IMG/VR virus record: IMGVR_UViG_3300012001_000008
Location: 1-64,000 of that record
DNA: 64,000 nucleotides
From: a virus
Direction: 5' to 3' (one strand)
Part shown: piece by piece, positions 17,801 to 26,700 of the stretch
How positions within the stretch are numbered: the first letter of the stretch is position 1
How the letters are laid out: each line of letters starts with the position of its first letter
The notes under the pieces: model-generated
Told to the model about the DNA's origin: nothing
The model's database searches: none
The model's input: the letters and a program-made list of their open reading frames with translations, nothing else
Translations under genes and position numbers: made by a program

Positions 17801-18107
17801 CAGCTACTAATGCACCACCAAGTTGTAGGACTGCACCAGATAGTGCAGCAACTCCAATAATGAGCGAGGTTGTTTGAAAACCTTGCATCGCAACACCGAA
17901 GTTGCGAATAGAAGACGCAGCAACTTGTGCTGTCTTCCTAATATCTTTGAAGTTGTTTTCGGCTTTCTTGGTGTTTGCTCCACCAAGATTCTTCTTAATA
18001 GAAGCACCTGTAGCTTTCGAAGCAGCGTCAGCTTCAATAAGTCCGCGAATAAAAGCGGAAACATCAGCGTCGATGATATATTTTACTGTTTCGCCTTTGC
18101 CTGCCAT
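14883..18107 (-). CDS. Tail tape measure protein
   Basis: 1074 aa, Ala/Gly/Ile-rich amphipathic repeats, LAKGGIV..PT.AIIGEAG.EAV.PL motif. Confidence 0.9.
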   Translation of the reverse strand: MAGKGETVKYIIDADVSAFIRGLIEADAASKATGASIKKNLGGANTKKAENNFKDIRKTAQVAASSIRNFGVAMQGFQTTSLIIGVAALSGAVLQLGGALVAAGSTVSILLPVLAQGGAAALTFKTGLSGLSQAFKAIQKNDPVAFRQAMVNLGPAAKSTAYALGGLNKAFNSVKLNTQQAMLQGVGSTLLQLGAQILPTVNAGFQIVGRALNGMFKQAANIASQPVFAGLLARIFQDTARTINILTGALQPMFTIFMQLYLITAPYVSLLAQFLVNLATAGAAYLSSAKGQTALNIAIQEGIIAIQQIGALVGAVFGFVRSIFASSAISGVSLITTLTGIVNAMTAWVNSAKGQGQLQALFQFTALAVQSVANALGIALKIIFNVIGVIGTLDPSIQQLIVSFLASALTIRPLIGYFSSLYQSIKLVGSVIINGVQQIFVMAQALGVLASIGLLVAGGLIYLGAVIGGPLGSALIIVGGIIAAYIILNYLLAAAGTATIPAVAGVGAAGVVAGGGLTVAATGALILQAALLPLLLLAAGVLIILGMLGVFSSSTNTAQGSAVGFGSSLSGLQKQLTAVNGAGNKTSTGGLSALNDSLKQVGDNAQGAQGQLASFDKMNVLGPKTGMGIPGLPSLPNLSGPAGALGSPNIDTGAFDKSLADMTKNFDALKGDLGKGVPNPFETIGKFISSNPVPFLIGFAVVVGVIAIALAVFGISAIAAALGITVLQLSMFLIVIAIVAIIAIVILLWQNWGTIWGFIQGIVANVGAFITGLFTAIGSFIGGVLTGIGNFFSTIFNAIAAFINQWGITILAILFLPFSLAIGFYLTFQTQINAIFTAIVNFIVGVFTPIANFFKTVFTNAWNFIVAAFSAYISFYVGIINFIMGVFNPIIGFFAGVFGAAWNGIKVAFSAVTGFFQSIWNTITGIFGSIGTTIGNAIGGAFKTVVNTVLNAVSGIVNTVVDLINGAIDLINKIPGVSIGKMPHLVLPRLAKGGIVNKPTNAIIGEAGTEAVMPLENNTGWIDMLAEKINASNGGSNGQPINLTVQIGEDKIATKIIDLINEKTQMSGRNSILV

Positions 18108-18109
18108 TT

Positions 18110-18409
18110 TTATTCCTTGAATATCTTCTTAAAGTGGTCAAGAAGTTTTTTGACTCCCTGTCCGTTCTTGCTTTGTGGCGCGGATGCAATCATTGTGTAA
18201 TTGTACATTCGCTCCGCTTCAATACGCTGTGCTGTCTTCATTAGAAGTAGAACATCCCTATAGGGAAGCACCTCTACCTCTTTAAGTGTGTACTGAGGGA
18301 AGTAGTATGCGATAGTCGCATATAGTTGCCTGTTCTCGCCAGCAGTAGAGCTAGAGCTTCTTGCCGAAGAGACAGACTGAGCTTCTACAGTCTTGCCCTC
18401 AGGTTCCAT
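18110..18409 (-). CDS. Tail assembly chaperone (second gene)
   Basis: Position between the first chaperone gene and tape measure. Confidence 0.6.
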   Translation of the reverse strand: MEPEGKTVEAQSVSSARSSSSTAGENRQLYATIAYYFPQYTLKEVEVLPYRDVLLLMKTAQRIEAERMYNYTMIASAPQSKNGQGVKKLLDHFKKIFKE

Positions 18410-18414
18410 AGTGT

Positions 18415-18735
18415 CTACTCTAGGTTAATTTCTTTAGCCATCATCTTGCGGAAGTTGCGAACAACTGGCAATGGTTGAGACTCAAGAAGTGCGCTAATAG
18501 TATTTTCGTGACCGACTGGTGTTACCAATTGGTTCATCTTTGCTTCACTAATGTCACTCTGCTTTTTAATTTCTTTCTCGTCTGCTTTTTCGTCAACGAG
18601 TTTCTGTAGCTCGATGTTCATTTCGCTTAATTCGCGCATTTCTGCGGTTGTAGGGTAGCGGAAAGAATACTCAAGCTCGCCAATTCTAAAAGTAAAGGCT
18701 TCTGCTGTGTTATCGGTAAGGTTATATTGTGCCAT
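18415..18735 (-). CDS. Tail assembly chaperone
   Basis: Position after the tail tube gene; GGAG RBS. Confidence 0.65.
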   Translation of the reverse strand: MAQYNLTDNTAEAFTFRIGELEYSFRYPTTAEMRELSEMNIELQKLVDEKADEKEIKKQSDISEAKMNQLVTPVGHENTISALLESQPLPVVRNFRKMMAKEINLE

Positions 18736-18916
18736 GTTAAATTGTCTCCTGTGGACTTAATGGTTGCTTTGCCCTAGGCTTATGCCTACGGTATATATGC
18801 TCTGTGAGCTGTTCTAAGCCGTTCTAAGACGTTTTAGGCGCGGAGACGGGAACTTGTCCCATCTCGTTGCCAAACTCGCTTAAAATGGCTGTTTTTAGCG
18901 TTTTTCTTTTAATGTA

Positions 18917-19426
18917 CTAGCTAATGCTGTCAGTTGCAGATGAGAACACCTGTACTGAACCAGTACCAGCAGCTGGCTCACCAACGAACTTGACTGTGAA
19001 CGTAAGAACTGTTGAGTCCTGTAGGTCAATCGAGTCAATTACTGTGCGAGCGTTTACTAGACGAAGAACTGTTGCGTTTGAACCACAAGAGATGATGTCT
19101 AGGTGGTTGTACACTGGGGTTGTGTTACAGCTTGCAGCGATGATGTCAATTGCACCACCCGCGTCTGATACTGTCTCACCTGTACTCATTGTCGCACCTT
19201 GTGCGATGAAGTACTGAGGGAGAACAACTGCTAGGCTTGCAATATCGCTTCGTAGAAGCTGTACTGAAACGCTAGCTGAAACTGCACCTTCGAGAGTAGT
19301 CTTGCGACCGTCAAGAGTGGTGTAGTCATTTGAGTCTACACTGTAATCGAATGAGTAGTCTTGCACGTTTGTAAGCGTGTTAGCTCCCCATTTTACTACG
19401 AATGGACCTTTTACTAATCCTGCCAT
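18917..19426 (-). CDS. Major tail (tube) protein
   Basis: 169 aa beta-rich, strong RBS, synteny. Confidence 0.7.
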   Translation of the reverse strand: MAGLVKGPFVVKWGANTLTNVQDYSFDYSVDSNDYTTLDGRKTTLEGAVSASVSVQLLRSDIASLAVVLPQYFIAQGATMSTGETVSDAGGAIDIIAASCNTTPVYNHLDIISCGSNATVLRLVNARTVIDSIDLQDSTVLTFTVKFVGEPAAGTGSVQVFSSATDSIS

Positions 19427-19449
19427 TTTAATTTCCTTTTTCTTTTAAT

Positions 19450-19851
19450 TTAACTGACGTATATCTGCGTCGCGATTACCATTGAGCCATATCGACGGTT
19501 TTCGGCATCTCTGTCGTTGTCTTGTGGCATGGTAGCCTCGATTGCATACACCTCGAAACCATCTAACTGTAATCCGATAGTGTTATTCACTGCCTGATTA
19601 AGCGCGAATAGCTTGTGGTCTACTTCTGCACCAGAAGTGTTTCGGTAGTAGACCTGTGTGCTGAACTGCTGAACTGCTTCTTGTGTTACCAAGTTGCGCG
19701 TTACACTTCCTCCTGCACTAACAACCCAAAATGCGTTGTCAACTGCATCGTCTGGTATCTGGCTGAGAAATATGTTTGTACCGAACGTACCGTAGCCGTT
19801 GTCTTCTAGCCATTTGACTATTGACTCTGAAACTGTCTGTGGGTTTGTCAT
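19450..19851 (-). CDS. Tail terminator / neck protein
   Basis: GYGTFGTNIFLSQIPD motif, synteny. Confidence 0.65.
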   Translation of the reverse strand: MTNPQTVSESIVKWLEDNGYGTFGTNIFLSQIPDDAVDNAFWVVSAGGSVTRNLVTQEAVQQFSTQVYYRNTSGAEVDHKLFALNQAVNNTIGLQLDGFEVYAIEATMPQDNDRDAENRRYGSMVIATQIYVS

Positions 19852-20225
19852 ATCTTTTTACCGAAATACCTTTTAGAGCTTTGTGTAACCTTAACTACGG
19901 ACTCTTCTGCAAAATGCGCTCGCGTTCCAGGTGTGGTGTAGCGCTTGACAACACCGTTGGTGTAGCCACGCTCTTGATACCACGCGTATGGACGCGCCCA
20001 TTCGATTGTCCCTCGGATTACATCTCCTAGTTTAATGACGTTTTTCTTCACATCTCCGCGAAGCTGTCCACTAAGCATAGGTGTAATTGGGCGAGAGGTG
20101 CGATGGATATCTTCAATCAGTTGACGCATACCGCTAAGTGTTTCGATTTCAAGGTTGCGTTGTTTATCCGCAAAATTGAAGTCTCCAACTTTGTATGCTT
20201 TTATCTTAACTGTTGCATTTGGCAT
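19848..20225 (-). CDS. Neck protein (HK97 gp10 / minor-capsid-2 like)
   Basis: TPMLSGQLR...PYAWYQE...TPGT motifs; AGGAG before ATG 20225. Confidence 0.7.
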   Translation of the reverse strand: MPNATVKIKAYKVGDFNFADKQRNLEIETLSGMRQLIEDIHRTSRPITPMLSGQLRGDVKKNVIKLGDVIRGTIEWARPYAWYQERGYTNGVVKRYTTPGTRAHFAEESVVKVTQSSKRYFGKKI

Positions 20226-20226
20226 C

Positions 20227-20598
20227 TTATGCTCCTCCTGGGGTCGCAACGATTTGTAGTGTTACAAGGACGTTGTTAACCTCGTTTCCGAGAAGCTTGC
20301 GTTGTGCAACTGTTACAGTAGTAATTATATACCACTGGTCAATACCGAAGGCATTTATTTTGAAGTATTTGCCCTGTAGTTTGTAGCCTAGCCCCTTTAT
20401 GAAGGCGTTATTAACGTCTAGGTAGGCGTAGGCATCGGATTGTGTCAGTTCTTGGTTGGTCGCGTTTTGTTGGTTAAATTGCTGGAAAAAGCCACATTTG
20501 ACTTCTTCTAGGTCAGATACATTATTATCGCCATAACCATTTCTGGCTAACGTAGCGATATATGCGGTGTCAGGAGTTTTTACTAATCTATTGCTCAT
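20227..20598 (-). CDS. Putative head-closure protein
   Basis: Size and synteny. Confidence 0.55.
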   Translation of the reverse strand: MSNRLVKTPDTAYIATLARNGYGDNNVSDLEEVKCGFFQQFNQQNATNQELTQSDAYAYLDVNNAFIKGLGYKLQGKYFKINAFGIDQWYIITTVTVAQRKLLGNEVNNVLVTLQIVATPGGA

Positions 20599-21359
20599 AC
20601 TGTTGGAATCCTAGTGGCATAAGTGCCATTAGGTCCAGCGTATTGCTTTAGGATTCGAAGACCTGCATCTGATTGCTCAGGAGAGAGGTCAACCCCTCGA
20701 CCACCACCAGCGTTGCTGAGGGTGTAGCTGTGACCGTTTACGGACTCTGACTTGATGTTTCCTGTAACGGAAATACTGTCGCTAGAGTAGTAAGTAACCA
20801 TATCTGCCCACAAATACTTGAGGTCATCTGGCATGTTGTTACAGTCTAGCCAGTCGCCATCAACGGCGAGCAGTAAGCCTGTACCGTTTCCTAGCTGTGA
20901 GACTAGGAATCCGTACCATTTCCAGTTGAACCAAGTAGTTTGTCGTTGTATAAACTTGCCGAACTTACGACTGTTCTTAACGGTAAAGTCATTCAAGTCC
21001 CAGATAGTGACGAACTCATCGTCGGTACGGGCTTGTACCAGTTTAACGTGGTAGACATTGCGGAAAGGGTCTGTCATAAGGTAAAGGTCGCTATCGTTGT
21101 AATTAAACATACGATATGCGCCCTCTACATTAGTATCAGCAGGTAGAAGAACGGCTTCGCTTGTAGGGTAGTATGGGTATGCCCCATTGAACTGCACTTT
21201 GCCGAGTTCTTGTTTGTCAAGGTTCTTTTGTGCGGAGAGAGAGTAGCCTAGCGCAGATTCTAGCAGACCATTGGCGCGACGAATGACGGCTGTATAACGA
21301 GCTACGTCTCCCGTGGCGACCGTTGTCCCTGTTAGTTCCTGATATTTAGCTAGGTCCAC
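20595..21359 (-). CDS. Head-tail adaptor protein
   Basis: Follows the capsid gene; IKSESVNGHSYT motif. Confidence 0.7.
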   Translation of the reverse strand: MDLAKYQELTGTTVATGDVARYTAVIRRANGLLESALGYSLSAQKNLDKQELGKVQFNGAYPYYPTSEAVLLPADTNVEGAYRMFNYNDSDLYLMTDPFRNVYHVKLVQARTDDEFVTIWDLNDFTVKNSRKFGKFIQRQTTWFNWKWYGFLVSQLGNGTGLLLAVDGDWLDCNNMPDDLKYLWADMVTYYSSDSISVTGNIKSESVNGHSYTLSNAGGGRGVDLSPEQSDAGLRILKQYAGPNGTYATRIPTV

Positions 21360-21415
21360 TCTGGTTCCCCTTTTTGTGTTAACTTTTTGTCTTTAAGAGA
21401 TGGGCTTCATCTCGA

Positions 21416-23596
21416 TTAAGAGATTGAAGCACCTGTGATAGCAGCTACTAGACGTGTGTCCTTAACTACACCACCACGGAAGAATGAGCCACGTAGGACT
21501 ACTTCGTTACGTTGGTAGGCAGAGTAAGTAACTCCATCAATTTCGTAAGATGCGCTACCGTCAACGTCGTACTTTAGACCACCTGATGTGCGACCTGTGA
21601 AGGTGCTTAGGTCAGCGTAGAATACAGCGCTTGTGATAGTTACTGCAACACCGTGAACTAGGAAAGAACGAGTCTCGCTAGTGTTAAGTGTAGGAAGCAA
21701 GTCGTTTGGAACAGTAACGAATGGTGTACCGAAGATAGTGTTGTTAGACACTTCTTGTAGAACAGCAGCGTTAGATGTAGAAACAGCTTGTCCGATTAGG
21801 AAGCTCTTAGTCTTGTTGTTGAAGATAAGAGTACCAGTGCTTGTAGCGTCAGATGCAAGAGCAACTGCTTGTGCCCAGCCAACTAGACCATCAGAGATGT
21901 CCATGATGTGAACTTGTCCGCTAGTTTGAACAGCTTGTTCCATACGAGCAACAACAAGTTGAGCACGCTTACGGTCGTAGTCTGAACGGTAGCCTTCTGC
22001 GATGTCACCAAGGATGTCAGCAGCAGCAAACTTAATTACGTTGATAGAGATAGGAGTAACAGCAGCCATTTCTTCTAGGCGGTCAGTGTTAGCACCGTAA
22101 CCAGTTTGGCTAATAGGCTTCAAACGGTTTCCGTCATCACCAGAGATACCAAGTGGCACTGATTTCATGTCGATGTCAGAAGAACGAGTCAACCAACCGA
22201 AGTCGATAGAGTTAGTCTCTTTCCAAGTAGTCATGTTCAATAGTGTTGTGTAGTTGTTACGCTTTGTAGCGATTTCGTTGTAAAGCTCAGGAGCAATAAC
22301 AAAGTTACCAAGGTCTTCAAGAGTAAGGCTGTTTTTAACAATCTTTTCTTCCTTAAGAGCGTTTAGGTTACGTTCGTTAATCTCGCGAAGGGTCTTTGCA
22401 CCTTCTACAGAGTTCATGCGCTCTACGGCAACAGCAGCGTTAAGTTGCTTTGCGAATAGTTCGTCGCTAGAAAGTTCGTCAAGTGCGTTCTTAGCTTTTT
22501 CAGCTTCTTCGGCAGCGTGGAACTCAGGAGCTTTAGCAGCAGCGTCAAGAGCGTTTTGTGCTAGTTCTTTAGAAGCAGCGATTTCGTCTTGTACTGGCTT
22601 AAGAGCAGCAGATACAGCGTTAGCTACGATTTCTGCGATTTCTTCTTTAGTCATTTGATTTTCCTTTTGGTTTAATTCTTTTTCTTTTGCAGCATTTTCT
22701 TCTGCTTCTTTTGCTTCGGCTTCTGCTTTCGCGTCTTCCTCTGCTTTAGCTTCTTCTGCTAGTTTGGCAGCTTCTGCTTCTTCCTCAGCCTTTTTATCAG
22801 CTTCGGCTTTTTCAGCTTCTTCGGCAGCTAGCTTTGCAGCTTCTGCTTCCTCAGCTTCTTTTGCAACCTTAGCAGCTTCTTCGGCTTCTAGGGCTTTCTT
22901 CTCTTCTTCTGCTTTAGCAGCTTCTTCATCAGAGGCGTCTTGCTTTGCTTTTTCAGCAGCAGCATTTTCAGCTTCAATTCTTGCAGCTTCTTCAACAGCG
23001 AGTTTTTCTTTTTCTTCTTTTGTCATGCTTTCTTCCTCATTAGCCTTTGCAGCATTTGTGATAACTGCTTCGATACCGTCGGTATCAAGACCGTTTGATT
23101 TAGAGCGTTCAAGTGAGTTATGAACAATCTCGTTAAATTGATTTGCAACAGCATTGTAGTTGTTTGGTAGAACTACCTGAGACAATCCTACTAGTTCAGC
23201 GTTGTAGAAGATTCGGTCTTGTTCATCGGGGTATGGTCCCATTGTTTCAATACTAAATGAGTTCGAGAACCCACCCACAAAGAGGTCGTATGCAAGTTTT
23301 GCATATGCGTTTTGTGATGTTGCATATTGAATGGCGGAGACGATAACGCGATTTCCCTGCTTGGCGACACCGATTGCTTTACCAATCAGGTTGCCGAGTG
23401 AATCGACGTGGTCAGCAGTAATCTGCTTACCGTACTGGGTAATGTCCATCGAAGAGATGTCATACTTAGTACCGTTGCGCTGAACAGAATCATCCGTGAT
23501 AGTGAGACCGCCAGGGAAGGAGATTAATCCGTCGCCTTCGTCTACAAAGCTATTCTTAGAAACTGAGACTTGTAATTGGTTTGTTTTTTTTTCCAT
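21416..23596 (-). CDS. Prohead protease - scaffold - major capsid fusion (HK97 fold)
   Basis: N-terminal TADH / SFSIE / ELVGLSQVVLPNN protease-like motifs, central E/A/K coiled coil, C-terminal capsid motifs GNFVIAPEL and SAYQRNEVVLRG. Confidence 0.8.
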   Translation of the reverse strand: MEKKTNQLQVSVSKNSFVDEGDGLISFPGGLTITDDSVQRNGTKYDISSMDITQYGKQITADHVDSLGNLIGKAIGVAKQGNRVIVSAIQYATSQNAYAKLAYDLFVGGFSNSFSIETMGPYPDEQDRIFYNAELVGLSQVVLPNNYNAVANQFNEIVHNSLERSKSNGLDTDGIEAVITNAAKANEEESMTKEEKEKLAVEEAARIEAENAAAEKAKQDASDEEAAKAEEEKKALEAEEAAKVAKEAEEAEAAKLAAEEAEKAEADKKAEEEAEAAKLAEEAKAEEDAKAEAEAKEAEENAAKEKELNQKENQMTKEEIAEIVANAVSAALKPVQDEIAASKELAQNALDAAAKAPEFHAAEEAEKAKNALDELSSDELFAKQLNAAVAVERMNSVEGAKTLREINERNLNALKEEKIVKNSLTLEDLGNFVIAPELYNEIATKRNNYTTLLNMTTWKETNSIDFGWLTRSSDIDMKSVPLGISGDDGNRLKPISQTGYGANTDRLEEMAAVTPISINVIKFAAADILGDIAEGYRSDYDRKRAQLVVARMEQAVQTSGQVHIMDISDGLVGWAQAVALASDATSTGTLIFNNKTKSFLIGQAVSTSNAAVLQEVSNNTIFGTPFVTVPNDLLPTLNTSETRSFLVHGVAVTITSAVFYADLSTFTGRTSGGLKYDVDGSASYEIDGVTYSAYQRNEVVLRGSFFRGGVVKDTRLVAAITGASIS

Positions 23597-23715
23597 TTAC
23601 TTCCTTCTCGTTTTCTGTTTCTGTACTTTTTTAAGGTGTTTTTCTTTTAGGGTTATCATATCTCGGTACTTTTGCTAGTCTCTGGATACCTTCAATAGTT
23701 ATTATAACAGATATG

Positions 23716-23741
23716 CCAAAAAGGGGATTTTTCAACCCCCT
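23716..23741 (-). terminator. Probable intrinsic terminator after the 1999-aa gene
   Basis: GGGG...CCCC-TTTTT on the minus strand. Confidence 0.5.
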
Positions 23742-26700
23742 ATAAAGCCTCTATCCAGTTGCCATTTGAGTCTTTGTAGTAGACTTCCGCCTGTACCCAG
23801 TTGCCATTAACAGGGTAGAATACCATAGCGTTAACCCATTGTCCGTTAATGAGTACCCACTTGCGACCCAGTAGCGTGTATAGTGCAGAGTCTGTGGTGT
23901 GGAATACTATCGAAGCAGAAGATAACGATGAGTCAGTTGTATGTGTTACTTCACTTGTACCGCGCTTATTCGCATCTGTTGCGTGGGAAACGACGATAGT
24001 CGTGCGTAGCTGGGCGTCTGTTGAGTGCGTGATAACATAACGCTGTTTCAGCAGAGCGTCTGTGCTATGAACTATCTGTGTCAACTTACGCTTGTTGGCA
24101 TTAGTCGTGTGATAAACAGTATCAGCCTTACGCTTGTTCGCATCTGTGAACTGGGCGAGGCTAAATAGCTTGCGTATAACAGAACTTGTTGTGTGCGATA
24201 CTACTGTTCTTCGTACAAGTAGAGCATCGGTGAAGTGGGATACTGTAGTGCTAATTCGCTTGAGCGCGTCTGTCGTGTGTGTAACTACAACTACCTTGCG
24301 GAGTAATGAATCGGTCGTGTGTACCCGTGTATTAGCACTTAGTACAGACTTGTTCGCATCTGTTGTGTGAGAAATACTGCTTGTAGTTCTTAAGACTGCA
24401 TCTGTTAAGTGTGAGGCAGTTGTACGAGAGCGCTTCAATGTATTGGTAGTGTGATACTTGCTATTTGCTTTCTTGATATTTGCGTCTGTTGCGTGTGAGA
24501 CGGTTCGCTTGCTTCTTAGCAGGCTATCTGTGGTGTGTACAAGTTGTGTCAACTTACGCGCGAGAGTGTCTGTAGTGTGCGAAAGACTTAGCGCCTTACG
24601 GATTGCAGAACTTGTAGAGTGGGCGACAGTGTTAGCTGTGTGCCTGTTCGCGTCAGTAAGGTGGTGTCTCTTAATTGAAGCTACTCTCTTGTTGGAATCT
24701 GTCGTGTGGCTTAGTTGGTTTGCACCATGTATGAAGGAGTCAGTTGTGTGTACAACAGTGATAGTCTTCTTCTTATTTGCATCGGTAGTATGCGAAGTAG
24801 TTAGCGAACGATGAGTGAACGCATCTGTGGTGTGAACCTTCGTATTTGTACGACGTATATCAGTGTCAGTTGTGTGAGAAAGTATGTTCTGAGTGCGCTT
24901 TAACGCGTCAGTTGTATGTGTTTTCGTTAGGGCTTTGCGTGTATTCGTATCTGTTGTGTGAGAGATTGCAAGGCGCTTACGCAATAATGAGTCAACCGTG
25001 TGCGTTAGCGATACCGCGCTACGAATAAGCGCATTTGTTGTGTGCGTGAGTGAATTACGTGTCTTCTTTAGGGCATCAGTTGTGTGGAACTTGCTATTTT
25101 GAGTTCTCTTAAGAGTGTCGGTTGTGTGTACGACTACATTGGCTTTGCGCTTATTAGCGTCAGTTGCATGAGTTAGAGTTACCTGTTTGCGCAGCACAGA
25201 ACTCGTAGTATGAGTATGTGTGCCTGATTTGCGGACAAGGCTATCTGTGGTATGGCCCTTAGACGACGTGAGACGACGCAGGGCGTCTGTTGTGTGCGAA
25301 AGTGCGCCCTGTGTGCGTATTAACGAATCTGTCGCGTGTGAGAGGCTATTTCCAGCCTTTTTCTTGTTTGCGTCAGTTGTGTGGCTAACAGCAGACTGGC
25401 TGAATAGGAATGAATCGGTAGTATGTGAAAGCGTATGCTTACTTCTAACAAGCGCGTCTGTCGTATGCGTTTTGGTGAATTGTTTATGAGTTACAGCACT
25501 TGTAGTGTGTGAAACTGAATTAGAACTACGCTTTAGGGCATCTGTTGTATGCGATAGGGTGAGATTAGCTTTTCTCTTGTTCGAATCAGTAGTGTGGAGT
25601 ACTGTAGTAGCCTTGCGCAGGTTGCTATTTGTCGTGTGGGCGACTGTTTGTGCCTTCTTCTTATTGGCAGATGTTGTGTGCGAGATTGTTTTTGAAACTC
25701 GCAAGAACGAATCAGTCGAGTGCGATAGGGTTGATGACTTACGCAATACAGCACTAGTTGTGTGGTTAACAGTGCTACTAGTACGCTTTAGGGCGTCTGT
25801 GGTGTGGGTTTTAGTGGTGGCAAGGCGCTTATTAGCACTAGTTGTGTGAGAAAGTGTTAAACCAGCCTTCTTTTTGTTCGCGTCGGTAGTGTGGGTCTTA
25901 GAGACACTCTTTCTTAGGAATGAATCAGTAGTTTGGGTAAGTGTAATAGACTTACGCGCGAGCGCATCAGTGGTGTGTGATACTGTTACCTGCTTGTGCC
26001 TGAGTGAGTCAGTTGTGTGGGAAAGCGTGTTTGTAGTACGTTTAACGGTATCTGTTGTGTGAGATAGCGTATTGCCTTTACGCTTAATTGCATCAGTTGC
26101 GTGTGTCTTGACACTTTGAATACGTTTTAGTGCATCCGTGGTATGCGTCTTAGTAACTTGGACATGCTTTAGAGCGTCGGTTGTGTGCGTTCTTGTAGCC
26201 TGAATGTGCTTGAAGGAGTCGGTAGTGTGTGTTTTAGTACCAGACTTGCGCAATACGGAACTAGTTGTATGTGTCTGTGTGCTAGCCTTGCGCTTAAGTG
26301 CATCAGCCGTGTGGGTCTTCGTTACCTGTACACGCTTCAATGCGTCAGTTGTGTGTGCGACAGTTAGCGTCTGTATGCCAGTGCGAAGATACGAATCTGT
26401 CGTATGGGTAAGAGTGAGACCACCCTTCTTCTTTAGGGAGTCTGTTGTGTGTGTGCGAGTTAGGGAGGCAACCTTCTTATTAGCGTCTGTGGTGTGGCTA
26501 GCTGTACCCTGTTTACGAATGAGTGTGTTTGTTGTATGCGTCTTTAGTAGACCAGATACCTTCTTGCTTGCATCTGTTGTATGTGTCTTTGTGACAGCTA
26601 GTCGCTTATTAGCGCTAGTGGTGTGGGTTAGCGTAGCCTGCTTACGCTTTAAGGTGTCAGTTGTGTGGGTCTTATTACTAGATGTGCGCTTTAGTGAATC

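Noticed and set aside
18400-18440. Programmed -1 frameshift between the tail chaperone genes
   Set aside because: The downstream frame is open for only five codons before its ATG and no XXXYYYZ slippery heptamer is present.
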